From assembly GCA_964561855.1 (NCBI GenBank), contig CAZLQP010000002.1:64475-128474 (forward strand): a stretch of DNA of 64,000 bases, written 5' to 3'. Within the stretch, counting starts at the first letter, position 1, and every line of letters starts with the position of its first letter. Positions 10,494 to 19,641 of the stretch are shown here, piece after piece. The notes below the pieces were generated by a model that made no database searches, was not told the DNA's origin, and saw only the letters and a program-made list of their open reading frames with translations. Source of the stretch: an uncultured Burkholderiales bacterium (GTDB lineage: Bacteria; Actinomycetota; Acidimicrobiia; IMCC26256; JAGPDB01). A program made the translations under genes and the position numbers.

Positions 10494-11240
10494 TTACTCC
10501 CCAGTAGAACAATGGAGAAGTTCTGTCAGGATATGTGCCGTTGCACCCCAGATAAAAACATCTTTTAAATTGTGATCCTTTACGAAATACATATGAATAG
10601 GAACCGCCATTTCTCCAAAATCCCAAATCTCACAGAAGTAATTATCAGGAACCAGCAACTGCGCAATTGATATTTGATGCAGTGTATCGACTTCATGTGG
10701 GTTCAATGAAACGTCTTGTAGAGAACCTAGTTGGGTTGTAGCTACAACGGGAAGGATCTTTGAGTCTCGTGTTTTTGTTGTTACCGGATTTAATTCTCCA
10801 ATAAAAGTGAATTTGTCTGGCGAAATACCGATCTCTTCGTGGGTTTCTCTTAATGCTGTATTTCGAAAATTATTATCTTCTTTTTCAACCATTCCGCCGG
10901 GAAAAGAAACCTGACCTTTATGATGTGATACTTCAACAGTACGAGTCATAACGACTACTGAATCTATAGTTTTATCTTCATTGATTATTAGTGGAACTAG
11001 AACAGCTGAAGGTTTAGATTTTTGATCATTGTCTCCTAAATCCTCTAGTGCTGATTGAGGAAGTTCAAAACTCGAATTCTGTTTATTATCCTCTACATTA
11101 ATTTTCGCCACGAATTGTTCGATGTCACCCAATACAAGTGACCGTGAATCAGGGTTCAATTTCGACCATGGCGCTGGCGGTCCCGGCATCCAACTTTTAG
11201 GTCGCGGTAACGATTCATAGTTATTATAAATTTCTTCCAA
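10494..11240 (-). CDS. Nudix hydrolase, CoA pyrophosphatase-like
   Basis: MTRTVEVSHHKGQVSFPGG (NuCoA-like) followed by the Nudix box ALRETHEEIGI. Confidence 0.75.
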   Translation of the reverse strand: MEEIYNNYESLPRPKSWMPGPPAPWSKLNPDSRSLVLGDIEQFVAKINVEDNKQNSSFELPQSALEDLGDNDQKSKPSAVLVPLIINEDKTIDSVVVMTRTVEVSHHKGQVSFPGGMVEKEDNNFRNTALRETHEEIGISPDKFTFIGELNPVTTKTRDSKILPVVATTQLGSLQDVSLNPHEVDTLHQISIAQLLVPDNYFCEIWDFGEMAVPIHMYFVKDHNLKDVFIWGATAHILTELLHCSTGE

Positions 11241-11241
11241 G

Positions 11242-13380
11242 TTAAATACTTCTGCTTCCTAAAACATCAGATATCGTAGGTACATCCATTAAATCTAGAA
11301 TTTTATTAACACCTTCGGAAATTTTCATACTCTGAGGAAAAATTACATCAACACCCATTGCATGAAGAGTATCATGATCATCAGATGGGATTACACCACC
11401 CATTGCAACGACAACTTTCCTATTAGGATTTAAACGACTCAACTCTTTCATCATTTCATCAACTTGTGCAACATGTGCACCTGAATGACATGAAACACCT
11501 ATCACATCGATTGATGGATCATTTGCAATTTTATGTGCTGTCGATTTAGGAGTTTCACTTATGACTCCAGACCAAACAACATCAAATCCAGCATCTTTAA
11601 ACCCAGCTGCAACGATATTAGGGCCTCGATCATGTCCATCTAAGCCAAAAGTAACTAGCAACATTTTCGGTTTAGCTCCTCGTGCCTGAGAAGCTGTTTC
11701 AACACGATGCTGTGTTGCTAGAAACTCTTCATTAGTTTTCATTTCATTTGCATAAGTCCCTATAGAAACAACTGCAACACGTTCGCGAGGACCAAATGCC
11801 TTAGTCAATGAGGTCGTAATATCTTCCCAAGTTGCTCCAGCTGCCATCGCATCAATTACCGGTGGCATAAGATTTTGATTTCCAAGTGCTGCATTTGTAA
11901 CATGGCCAGTTAAGCGCTCAACTTCACCAACGTCAGAGTGAGACCGAACGTACTCAATTGAAGCTAACTGGGCTTTACGAGTTGCCGTTGCATCTATGCT
12001 TAGACCGTCGAGCTCTGGTGCGTTTTCATCTACGAATTCGTTAACACCTACAATCTTTGTCTGACCTGAATCTTGCCAGGCTTGACGAACAGCTGCGGAC
12101 CTAGTTATTCGTTCGCGTAACCATCCGTTTTCAGTAACAGCTCTAATACCGCCATTAGAAGCTATTTCCTTAACAACGTCATTTGCATCACGCACCATTT
12201 TCATGGTCATTTCTTCGATCGCGAAAGAACCACCGAAGGGATCGATTAATTCATGCAGTCCTGCTTCAAGCATTATTTTTTGTGTTGCTTCAGAGATCCT
12301 TCGAGCATCATCAGATGGGAGCCTTACTCCTTCATCGTAACTACTGGTATGCAAACTTTGGGTACCTCCCAAAACGGCTGCCATCGATTCTATTGTCGAT
12401 CTAACGATATTGAACATCGGGTCCTTAGACTGTAAAGAGACACCTGACGTATGTGAATGGAATCGCATTCGTTTTGCATCATCAGTTGTTGCTCCCAACT
12501 CAGATACATATCGCTCCCACAGGATTCGCCCTGCTCTCATTTTGGCTATTTCGCCAAAAAAGTCGATGCCCACCGAATAAAAGAAAGAGAGTTGAGGTGC
12601 AAAGTCGTCGACTGCAATACCTCTGCTCTTCATGGTTTCAATATATTCAACTCCAGCTGCGAGCATATAACCTAACTCTTCATGCAGAAATGCTCCACCT
12701 TCTTGATAGTGATATCCGGAGATAGAAATAGGGTTGAACTTAGGTAAATTAGTAGAGCAGAATTCGATAATGTCTGTAGCGATCCTCATGCTTGGACTGA
12801 CACCAAACATCTCAGTATTTCTAACATTTAGTTCTTTAATTGGATCGTTTTGAATAGTCCCTCTCAAGAATTTAGGATCGACTCCTTGGTTACGCGCAGC
12901 AACGATCAAACCAGCTAGCGATTGTAATACTGCACCATTCATTGTCATCGAAACTGAAACATCACCTAAAGGAACTCCTTCGAAAAGACGCTCGAAATCA
13001 TATGCACTGTCTAATGCAACACCAGACATTCCTACCTCAGCTGCATACGTTTCGTTGTCGCTATTCAAACCATGATGCGTGAGGATATCAAATGCAACAG
13101 ACATTCCCTTATCTCCATTTGCATATCTATCACGATAGATTTTGTTTGTTTCGACTGCTGTCCCATATCCTGCATATTGTCGAGTTGTCCAAGGACGACC
13201 AACATACATTGATTCGTACACTCCCCTTGGAGATCCTGGTGTACCTGGCAACCTATTGGCCCACAAATATTCGCTTCTACCATTGCCGCCATAAAAAGCC
13301 TGTTGAACGCGATCTGGTCTAACGGTAGAAAGTTTCCTTAAACGATTAAGTCTTTGTTGCTCTTCATTCCCATCAGCCAT
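11242..13380 (-). CDS. Methylmalonyl-CoA mutase-family enzyme, catalytic barrel fused to a B12-binding domain
   Basis: 712 aa. RPWTTRQYAGYG, MSVAFD and the C-terminal DxHxxG motif (GLDGHDRG). Substrate not assignable by eye. Confidence 0.85.
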   Translation of the reverse strand: MADGNEEQQRLNRLRKLSTVRPDRVQQAFYGGNGRSEYLWANRLPGTPGSPRGVYESMYVGRPWTTRQYAGYGTAVETNKIYRDRYANGDKGMSVAFDILTHHGLNSDNETYAAEVGMSGVALDSAYDFERLFEGVPLGDVSVSMTMNGAVLQSLAGLIVAARNQGVDPKFLRGTIQNDPIKELNVRNTEMFGVSPSMRIATDIIEFCSTNLPKFNPISISGYHYQEGGAFLHEELGYMLAAGVEYIETMKSRGIAVDDFAPQLSFFYSVGIDFFGEIAKMRAGRILWERYVSELGATTDDAKRMRFHSHTSGVSLQSKDPMFNIVRSTIESMAAVLGGTQSLHTSSYDEGVRLPSDDARRISEATQKIMLEAGLHELIDPFGGSFAIEEMTMKMVRDANDVVKEIASNGGIRAVTENGWLRERITRSAAVRQAWQDSGQTKIVGVNEFVDENAPELDGLSIDATATRKAQLASIEYVRSHSDVGEVERLTGHVTNAALGNQNLMPPVIDAMAAGATWEDITTSLTKAFGPRERVAVVSIGTYANEMKTNEEFLATQHRVETASQARGAKPKMLLVTFGLDGHDRGPNIVAAGFKDAGFDVVWSGVISETPKSTAHKIANDPSIDVIGVSCHSGAHVAQVDEMMKELSRLNPNRKVVVAMGGVIPSDDHDTLHAMGVDVIFPQSMKISEGVNKILDLMDVPTISDVLGSRSI

Positions 13381-13462
13381 TGGAACTCCTTTTTATAGTT
13401 CCAGGAATCTTAGCCCTATTTCGAAAACCCAGTAAAACGAATTTGAACTCTAAAAAACGAAA

Positions 13463-13509
13463 AAGGGTCTGACCCTATAGATCGGATCGATCTATAGGGT
13501 CAGACCCTT
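13463..13509 (-). terminator. groES intrinsic terminator built from the agggtc(a/t)gaccct palindromic repeat (22-bp arms, 3-nt loop, then TTTCGTTTTTT on the minus strand)
   Basis: Arms verified as exact reverse complements. A U-rich tract follows on the transcribed strand. Confidence 0.85.
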
Positions 13510-13522
13510 AAGAAAACAAAGA

Positions 13523-13813
13523 TTATTTAGATATCTTTGCAAGTACGTCACGAGAAGAAAGAATAAGTAGATCTTCTCCATCTACTGAAATTTCTGTTCC
13601 ACCGTATTTTGAATAAATAACAGTGTCTCCGACAGCGATTTCCATTTCTATTCTTTCGTTGTCATCTCCAACTCGACCTGGACCTACTGCTAAAACTTCA
13701 CCTTGTTGTGGCTTTTCTTTGGCAGAGTCAGGAATTACAAGTCCACTTGCGGTTGTTTCTTCAGCTTCTGCTGAACGTATAACGATTCGATCTTCTAATG
13801 GCTGCAGATTCAT
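13523..13813 (-). CDS. groES: Co-chaperonin GroES
   Basis: [13 protein letters not shown]... 96 aa from the ATG at 13813, preceded by GGAGG. The ORF-track N-extension is rejected. Confidence 0.96.
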   Translation of the reverse strand: MNLQPLEDRIVIRSAEAEETTASGLVIPDSAKEKPQQGEVLAVGPGRVGDDNERIEMEIAVGDTVIYSKYGGTEISVDGEDLLILSSRDVLAKISK

Positions 13814-13848
13814 GCAGTGCCTCCTAATATATTTAAGATTGTTACCTC

Positions 13849-13874
13849 TTAGCACTCTCGAGTGAGAGTGCTAA
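13849..13874 (-). promoter_or_regulatory. CIRCE-like HrcA operator TTAGCACTC-N8-GAGTGCTAA
   Basis: Both 9-mers match the CIRCE consensus exactly. I count an 8-nt spacer where the canonical one is 9. It sits in the groES 5' leader. Confidence 0.9.
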
Positions 13875-13875
13875 T

Positions 13876-13905
13876 ACGCTACCAAGTGTTGATAGTCGTA
13901 TTCAA
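13876..13905 (-). promoter_or_regulatory. Candidate groES promoter TTGAAT-18 nt-TAGCGT
   Basis: Hexamers read on the minus strand immediately upstream of CIRCE. Confidence 0.45.
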
Positions 13906-13948
13906 CCTGGGTGAAGGGTTAATTGTCCGAATAACCCAAAATGGGGGA

Positions 13949-14953
13949 TCAGACCCCCAGCTTCCAGGTGGGGTTAATGCCAGTCGTTAGTGGAGACGGA
14001 CCATCAAGTTCGTATCTTATCTTTCCGGTAATAGCTATCATCGCTGCATTATCTGTGCACATTGACCGCTGAGGTATTAGAGCACGAATCGAATACTTGT
14101 CAGCAAGCTCTTGGGCCCTAGATCTCAAATAAGAATTTGCGGCAACTCCTCCGCCAATTGAGAAAGCTTTCGACGGTGTGCCACGAGAATTTAACAATTC
14201 AATAGCAGCTTCGCTTTTAGATATTAACGAATCAACTACCGCTGCTTGGAAACTTGCACACAAATCTTCTACCTTTGCATCTGGATTATCTCTGACAACA
14301 TGTTTCATTGCTGTTTTCAATCCAGAAAACGAAAAATTGAACGGATCTTTTTTCAACGGACGAGGAAGATTGAATGCTTTAGGATCTCCCTTTTCTGCAA
14401 GCTGATCGATCTTTGGTCCTCCTGGATATCCAAGTCCAAAAAGTCTTGCTACCTTGTCGTAGGCTTCTCCAGCAGCATCATCAATAGTGGCACCTAAAAT
14501 CTCATATGCCCCTGGTTCATTAACGATCACAACCATTGTATGACCTCCAGATACCAACAATGAAACATGAGGAAACTCAACATTTTCATGTTCTAAAAGC
14601 ACGCTCAAAATATGTGCCTCATGATGATTGACTGCCACGAAATCTTTGCCTAAAGCATAAGCGTATGCTTTTGCAGCAGTAGAGCCCACTAACAATGCCG
14701 CAGCAAGTCCAGGTCCGGTACATCCAGCAAATAGATCAACATCACTTAATTCAATATCTGCTTGTTCACAACTTAATCTAACAACATTGTTTACCATTTC
14801 AATATGGTGTCTTCCAGCTAGTTCTGGAACCACTCCTCCGTATTTAGTTTGAACATCAATTTGGCTTGATACAACAGAACTTAAAAGAACATCATCTTTA
14901 ACAACTGCAGCTGCGGTTTCATCACATGAAGATTCGATACTTAGTATGATCAC
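13949..14953 (-). CDS. tsaD: tRNA N6-adenosine threonylcarbamoyltransferase TsaD
   Basis: ILSIESSCDETAAAV and HHxEAH motifs. The GTG at 14953 forms a GTGA overlap with the rimI stop and follows AAGGTGG. Confidence 0.93.
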   Translation of the reverse strand: MIILSIESSCDETAAAVVKDDVLLSSVVSSQIDVQTKYGGVVPELAGRHHIEMVNNVVRLSCEQADIELSDVDLFAGCTGPGLAAALLVGSTAAKAYAYALGKDFVAVNHHEAHILSVLLEHENVEFPHVSLLVSGGHTMVVIVNEPGAYEILGATIDDAAGEAYDKVARLFGLGYPGGPKIDQLAEKGDPKAFNLPRPLKKDPFNFSFSGLKTAMKHVVRDNPDAKVEDLCASFQAAVVDSLISKSEAAIELLNSRGTPSKAFSIGGGVAANSYLRSRAQELADKYSIRALIPQRSMCTDNAAMIAITGKIRYELDGPSPLTTGINPTWKLGV

Positions 14954-15408
14954 GTTCGTGCCACCTTTATTGAATCTAGCCACATAATCTCAGCATCCTC
15001 ACCATTGTCACGATAGTAATGCTTTCGTTTTCCTACACTTTCGAATCCAAGCGATTCATAAAGACTGATTGCAGGAAAGTTAGAAACACGAACTTCCAAG
15101 GTAGCTTTTTGCGCCCCGAATGTTTTCGCTTTTCCTAATAGCGCTACTATCAACTTTTTTGCAAAACCTTTACGTCGAGAATTTTCTTGAATAACCAAAG
15201 AATAGATATGAAGTTCATCGCCGATTACCTGCCCCACACAAAAACCTTTGATTTCGTTATTGTTTACATACACCAACGAGATATGAGAGGGGCTGTGTAG
15301 TTCCTTTAGAAAAGTTTCACCACTATTTGGATTTACATTTGTTTCATTCTCAATCTTGACGACACTGTCAATGTGGGATTCTTGCATTTCCATCACGTCT
15401 ATATTCAT
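14950..15408 (-). CDS. rimI: Ribosomal-protein-alanine N-acetyltransferase (GNAT)
   Basis: 152 aa. GNAT motif RRKGFAKKL. Embedded in the tsaB-rimI-tsaD order. Confidence 0.85.
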   Translation of the reverse strand: MNIDVMEMQESHIDSVVKIENETNVNPNSGETFLKELHSPSHISLVYVNNNEIKGFCVGQVIGDELHIYSLVIQENSRRKGFAKKLIVALLGKAKTFGAQKATLEVRVSNFPAISLYESLGFESVGKRKHYYRDNGEDAEIMWLDSIKVART

Positions 15409-16124
15409 TTTGGCTTACCCCACGAAAGTTCAGCATCGGATTTCCTAAGATACAAAGCCTTTGGAGTAAATGTGTCTACCATCAGATCTTTAGCAACTGC
15501 CTCTTGAACAAATTCAATGGCATGCTGTGGATTTATCGACAATAGTTCTATTCTGGATTTTTGCAAATGATCAATTTTCTCGAACTCTGAATAAGCTTCA
15601 GGATCATCTAGAACTATTTGGCCCTCAAAGCCATTTATTCTTTCCACCAATTCACTAGGAGAAATCAAAGTCTCACTAATTGATCGTGAAAACGATGTTG
15701 CAATACTTATACCATCTACATCCAAACCATGCACTTGGTCCTGGCTATTAAATTGGGCACAATACACTTCATGTCGACGAGCATCTTTTGCAATTAATAT
15801 AGATCTGCCTTCATCGTGAGATAAAGCAGCAAGTTCTAGTGACGACATTGGAACTATAGGACAACCTATGGCATGCGAGATGCTATGTGCTGCAGTTATT
15901 CCGACTCTAAGCCCAGTAAACATTCCAGGGCCAATTCCTAAACCTATGGCTTCGATCTCGCCGATTTTAAGGCCTTGATCTTTTAAACACTCCTCAATAG
16001 CTTTCAAAATGTTCTCAGAATGCGAAGATCGCTGTGTAAGAATCGAAACTGAAGATGTTGCGTTCTGCTCTCCACATGCAATTGATACACAATCGCTTGA
16101 AGTATCGATAACCAATACTTTCAT
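15405..16124 (-). CDS. tsaB: t6A biosynthesis protein TsaB
   Basis: MKVLVIDTSSD N-terminus. 4-nt overlaps with both neighbours. Confidence 0.85.
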   Translation of the reverse strand: MKVLVIDTSSDCVSIACGEQNATSSVSILTQRSSHSENILKAIEECLKDQGLKIGEIEAIGLGIGPGMFTGLRVGITAAHSISHAIGCPIVPMSSLELAALSHDEGRSILIAKDARRHEVYCAQFNSQDQVHGLDVDGISIATSFSRSISETLISPSELVERINGFEGQIVLDDPEAYSEFEKIDHLQKSRIELLSINPQHAIEFVQEAVAKDLMVDTFTPKALYLRKSDAELSWGKPK

Positions 16125-16555
16125 TTCACTAACTCACATTTAATGTTACGAAATTCATCATTAGAATCGTCAAAAGTCAATCGATAATGCTCACGATCTA
16201 ATAGCTCTTCTATTCTTTCTCCCCACTCAATCATGGTAATTGCATCATCGGAAAATAAGTTCTCAATGCCTAAATCAAAAATCTCGTTTACATGTTCTAA
16301 ACGATAGGTGTCAATGTGTATAACTCGAAAATCAGTACCTTGATACTCTGCAACTATCGCAAAGGTAGGAGAAATTACTTGTTCTTTTATGCCAACTGCC
16401 TTACAAAATAATGAAACGAATGTGGTCTTTCCAGCTCCTATGTCTCCAACAAGAACTATTACATCACCCGGTTTAAAAACTTTTGTACACTCACTGGCAT
16501 ACAATGGCAATTCGCCCAAAGTGATTTCTTCTCTAGTTAGGTTTTCTAGTATCAC
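16121..16555 (-). CDS. tsaE: t6A biosynthesis ATPase TsaE
   Basis: 144 aa. P-loop GDIGAGKTTF. Confidence 0.88.
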   Translation of the reverse strand: MILENLTREEITLGELPLYASECTKVFKPGDVIVLVGDIGAGKTTFVSLFCKAVGIKEQVISPTFAIVAEYQGTDFRVIHIDTYRLEHVNEIFDLGIENLFSDDAITMIEWGERIEELLDREHYRLTFDDSNDEFRNIKCELVK

Positions 16556-17152
16556 TTAACTATCCAATACTTTTTTTACAATCCGAAGATCGTTGCGCAT
16601 ATCTTCTTCTGCGCGCTTTCCATTACGCAATACAAATGCTGGATGAACCGTGGGTATAATCACACTTGAATCTTTTACGGTTTGAGTACCTCGTAATTTG
16701 GTTATACCTTCTTTAGTTTGAAGGACATATCGCGTAGCAAAGTTTCCTACTGGGACGATTACCTTAGGCGATACGAATTCGATCTGACCTTTTAAAAATG
16801 CACTACATCTTTTTATTTCTTCTCGGTTAGGATCTCTATTTTCTGGCGGCCTACATTTCAAAACGTTTGCTATATATATCTCTTGTCTTTGAATCCCAAT
16901 TTCCTCGAACAAACGAATGAGAAGCTGGCCTCCTCTACCGACGAAAGGTTTGCCGGTCTCATCTTCGTTAGCACCGGGCGCTTCGCCAATTACCATGATT
17001 CGTGCCGAAATTGGCCCATCACATAACACTACATTTTTTCTTGTTTGACAAAGATCACATCTAGTACAGTTCAAAGCGTCCATTGCCAACAACTCATAGC
17101 TGGCATATGTCCGATCATCATCCAATATATTTTGATCTGCGGTTTTTGGCAC
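16556..17152 (-). CDS. Uracil-DNA glycosylase, family 4 (Fe-S type)
   Basis: CTRCDLC cysteine cluster and the GEAPGANED...GKPFVGRGGQLL motif. Confidence 0.85.
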   Translation of the reverse strand: MPKTADQNILDDDRTYASYELLAMDALNCTRCDLCQTRKNVVLCDGPISARIMVIGEAPGANEDETGKPFVGRGGQLLIRLFEEIGIQRQEIYIANVLKCRPPENRDPNREEIKRCSAFLKGQIEFVSPKVIVPVGNFATRYVLQTKEGITKLRGTQTVKDSSVIIPTVHPAFVLRNGKRAEEDMRNDLRIVKKVLDS

Positions 17153-17154
17153 CC

Positions 17155-18129
17155 TTATAGCGTAGCGATTTTGTTGAGGAATTCGCCTAGCGCAGCATTA
17201 AATTCATCAGGAGATTCAAGCATGGGAGCATGTCCAACGTCTTCAATGATTATTTCCTTTGTACCTAAAGCCCTAGCAACGATATCTGCATCTTTTATAG
17301 GAGTAACCGGATCTGAGGTTCCGACCACGACGAGGGCTGGAGATGAGAATTTCTCGAGTGTTTCTAAATAGTTAAAGTCTGCCAACATTTTCAATGCATC
17401 AGAGCAAACTTGGCGATCTGTCGAATTCACACATCTCCTCACGAATTCAACAACTGCATTCGATGCTTTTTTACCTAAGGCGAACCTTGCCATCGGAAAG
17501 CCGACTATTGGAAACTCGGAGAAAAAGTGAAATGCTTTTCCAGTTAAAGAAAACTTTGCAAGTGCTTCTGTAATATTTTCAACATGATGATATGGAGGAT
17601 GGGCTAATGTTGAAACCAAACCAAGCCCTCGAACATGTTTATCTGCGTGGGCTGGATATTGATCGAGGTAAGCCATTGCTGCAACACCGCCCATTGAGTT
17701 TCCGATAAAGACCACGTTGACTAATTCTAAAGTTGTAATCACATCATGCAAATCATTGGCGAGCAACTCTAACGTCATACCTTGATCGCCAGCTTCAGAA
17801 CCACCATGACCTCTAATGTCTATTGCAACAAGATCGAATTGTTCTCTGAGCTCCTCGAATTGATGTGCCCAAATCGCCGAACACAATGCGAAACCATGTA
17901 AAAAAATCAAGGTTGGTTTAGTTTTACTCCTCGGACCGTCACGATATACCATCAATTTGGCTCCGTCGCGCGTTTCGATAATGAATTGTTCTTTTGTTAA
18001 AAACTCAAAATCTACTTCTGTATTCGACAATGCATTAACGACAATTTTCTGCGCACCATAAGCTGCCGAAGCAACACCAATAGCTGCAGTAGCTGCAATA
18101 CCTATAACTTTTAATGGATTATTTGCCAT
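17155..18129 (-). CDS. Alpha/beta-fold hydrolase
   Basis: 324 aa. HGF oxyanion motif, nucleophile elbow GNSMGG, C-terminal H. Confidence 0.8.
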   Translation of the reverse strand: MANNPLKVIGIAATAAIGVASAAYGAQKIVVNALSNTEVDFEFLTKEQFIIETRDGAKLMVYRDGPRSKTKPTLIFLHGFALCSAIWAHQFEELREQFDLVAIDIRGHGGSEAGDQGMTLELLANDLHDVITTLELVNVVFIGNSMGGVAAMAYLDQYPAHADKHVRGLGLVSTLAHPPYHHVENITEALAKFSLTGKAFHFFSEFPIVGFPMARFALGKKASNAVVEFVRRCVNSTDRQVCSDALKMLADFNYLETLEKFSSPALVVVGTSDPVTPIKDADIVARALGTKEIIIEDVGHAPMLESPDEFNAALGEFLNKIATL

Positions 18130-18143
18130 ACGAACTCAATAGC

Positions 18144-19247
18144 CTACACGTAAATTCTTTGTACCCTTGGGCCAATACCACACAAGATTTCATAAGATAT
18201 TGTGTCTGTTGCCATAGCCCAATCATCGGCACTAATTTGCTTTTCTTTACTTTTCCCAAAAAGCACAACTTTAGTGCCTACTTGATATTCATCATCTCCT
18301 AAATCAACCATTAATTGGTCCATTGTCACTGCCCCTACAATTGGGTAGAACTTATCCTCGATTAGAACATTTCCACCTTTAATTCCTAAGTTCCGCGGCA
18401 CTCCATCGGCATAACCTATAGGGACCACCGCAATATTAGTGTCCTTTGGAGTTCGAAAGAGCGAAGAATATGAGACGCCTTCCCCTGCATTTATGCGATG
18501 TATGTAAGAAATCTCAGAGTAAAGATCCGCTATCGGTTCAAGATCGAGAAATTGTTTCATATCTAACGAAGGATAATAACCATAGATACTCAAGCCCACT
18601 CTGACTAGATCGAATCTAGACCCTGGAATCGAGATTGCAGCAGCGGAATTAGCTGAATGTACATAGTCAGGATTTAGTCCTCTACTTTTTAGTTGTTCTA
18701 GCTCATACTCAAAAGTTTTTAGCTGCCCTAAAGTTTCATCTTTTACTTGGTCGTCTGCTGATGGAAAGTGAGTATATATTCCTTCTAGTTTTAGATTACT
18801 CGCTAAAGAAATTATGTCTGCCAGTTCCGAAACATTTTCTATTCGACAACCAACCCTATTCATACCGGTGTTTATTTTTAGATGAACGTTGAAGTCTCTC
18901 TTTACACTAGCAATCCGCCTTAAAAAATCTCTTGAATATACACTCAGCGAAACTTTCAAATCTGAAAACTGTTCAAGATCTCCAATCCCTGGTTCGCTTA
19001 AAAGAAGGATTTTTGTTTTAATCTGGTTTTTTCTAAGCTCAATTGCTTCATCCGGTGTCGCAACGCAAAGAAATTCAACACCTAAATTTTCTAGAATTTT
19101 TGCTACTGGGATAAAACCATGCCCATAAGCATTTGCCTTTATTGCCACTGCGACTTTTGACGGACTTACTAACTTAGAAATATTAACAAAGTTCTTTTCT
19201 AGCTTATCTAGACTAATTTGAAAACAATTCCTTGAAGAAAATTGCAT
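18144..19247 (-). CDS. alr: Alanine racemase
   Basis: VAIKANAYGHG PLP-lysine motif. 367 aa. Confidence 0.93.
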   Translation of the reverse strand: MQFSSRNCFQISLDKLEKNFVNISKLVSPSKVAVAIKANAYGHGFIPVAKILENLGVEFLCVATPDEAIELRKNQIKTKILLLSEPGIGDLEQFSDLKVSLSVYSRDFLRRIASVKRDFNVHLKINTGMNRVGCRIENVSELADIISLASNLKLEGIYTHFPSADDQVKDETLGQLKTFEYELEQLKSRGLNPDYVHSANSAAAISIPGSRFDLVRVGLSIYGYYPSLDMKQFLDLEPIADLYSEISYIHRINAGEGVSYSSLFRTPKDTNIAVVPIGYADGVPRNLGIKGGNVLIEDKFYPIVGAVTMDQLMVDLGDDEYQVGTKVVLFGKSKEKQISADDWAMATDTISYEILCGIGPRVQRIYV

Positions 19248-19259
19248 AAAATAACACTA

Positions 19260-19637
19260 CTAGATTTTCTTAAGTGCAATAACTACAGCCACGGAACTAA
19301 TGTCAGAATGACTAATAGAGCACTGGAAATCAAGATCTGAAAACTCTTTTATATCAAGCCTAATCTCAGGTGCACCGTTTTCGCTTTTAATGATTTCAAT
19401 ATTTTTTAAACCTAAACTAAATGGGATTCTTCCTAGAGATTTCGATAGTGCTTCTTTTGCGGCAAATCGAGCAGCAATAGAACTAATCATTTGTTTTGAA
19501 AGGCGATCATAACTATCGATGCCGAGCTCTTTAATCTCGAGACTTGTCAACATCTTGTCGATAATTTTTGGGTGCCTCTTGATTGCTAAAGCCATACGAT
19601 CATTGTCAACAATGTCGATTCCTACTCCAACGATCAT
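19260..19637 (-). CDS. acpS: Holo-[acyl-carrier-protein] synthase
   Basis: MIVGVGIDIVDNDRM start at 19637. The ORF-track N-extension would overlap the upstream gene. Confidence 0.9.
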   Translation of the reverse strand: MIVGVGIDIVDNDRMALAIKRHPKIIDKMLTSLEIKELGIDSYDRLSKQMISSIAARFAAKEALSKSLGRIPFSLGLKNIEIIKSENGAPEIRLDIKEFSDLDFQCSISHSDISSVAVVIALKKI

Positions 19638-19641
19638 TTGC

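Noticed and set aside
13814-13855. N-terminal extensions in the ORF track for groES. The same issue applies to rplM 25347..25445, rpsJ 50906..50980, acpS 19638..19673, tuf 55769..55777, sucC 3599..3604 and the small ORF at 6489..6632.
   Set aside because: Internal ATG or GTG codons give the canonical conserved N-termini and are preceded by Shine-Dalgarno sequences. The extensions overlap regulatory DNA or upstream genes.
16556-18129. UDG family-4 and alpha/beta-hydrolase genes between alr and tsaE, considered as another accessory insertion.
   Set aside because: This part of the actinobacterial alr-tsaEBD region is variable in gene content, and both are ordinary housekeeping-type genes. Nothing in the sequence marks them as unusual.
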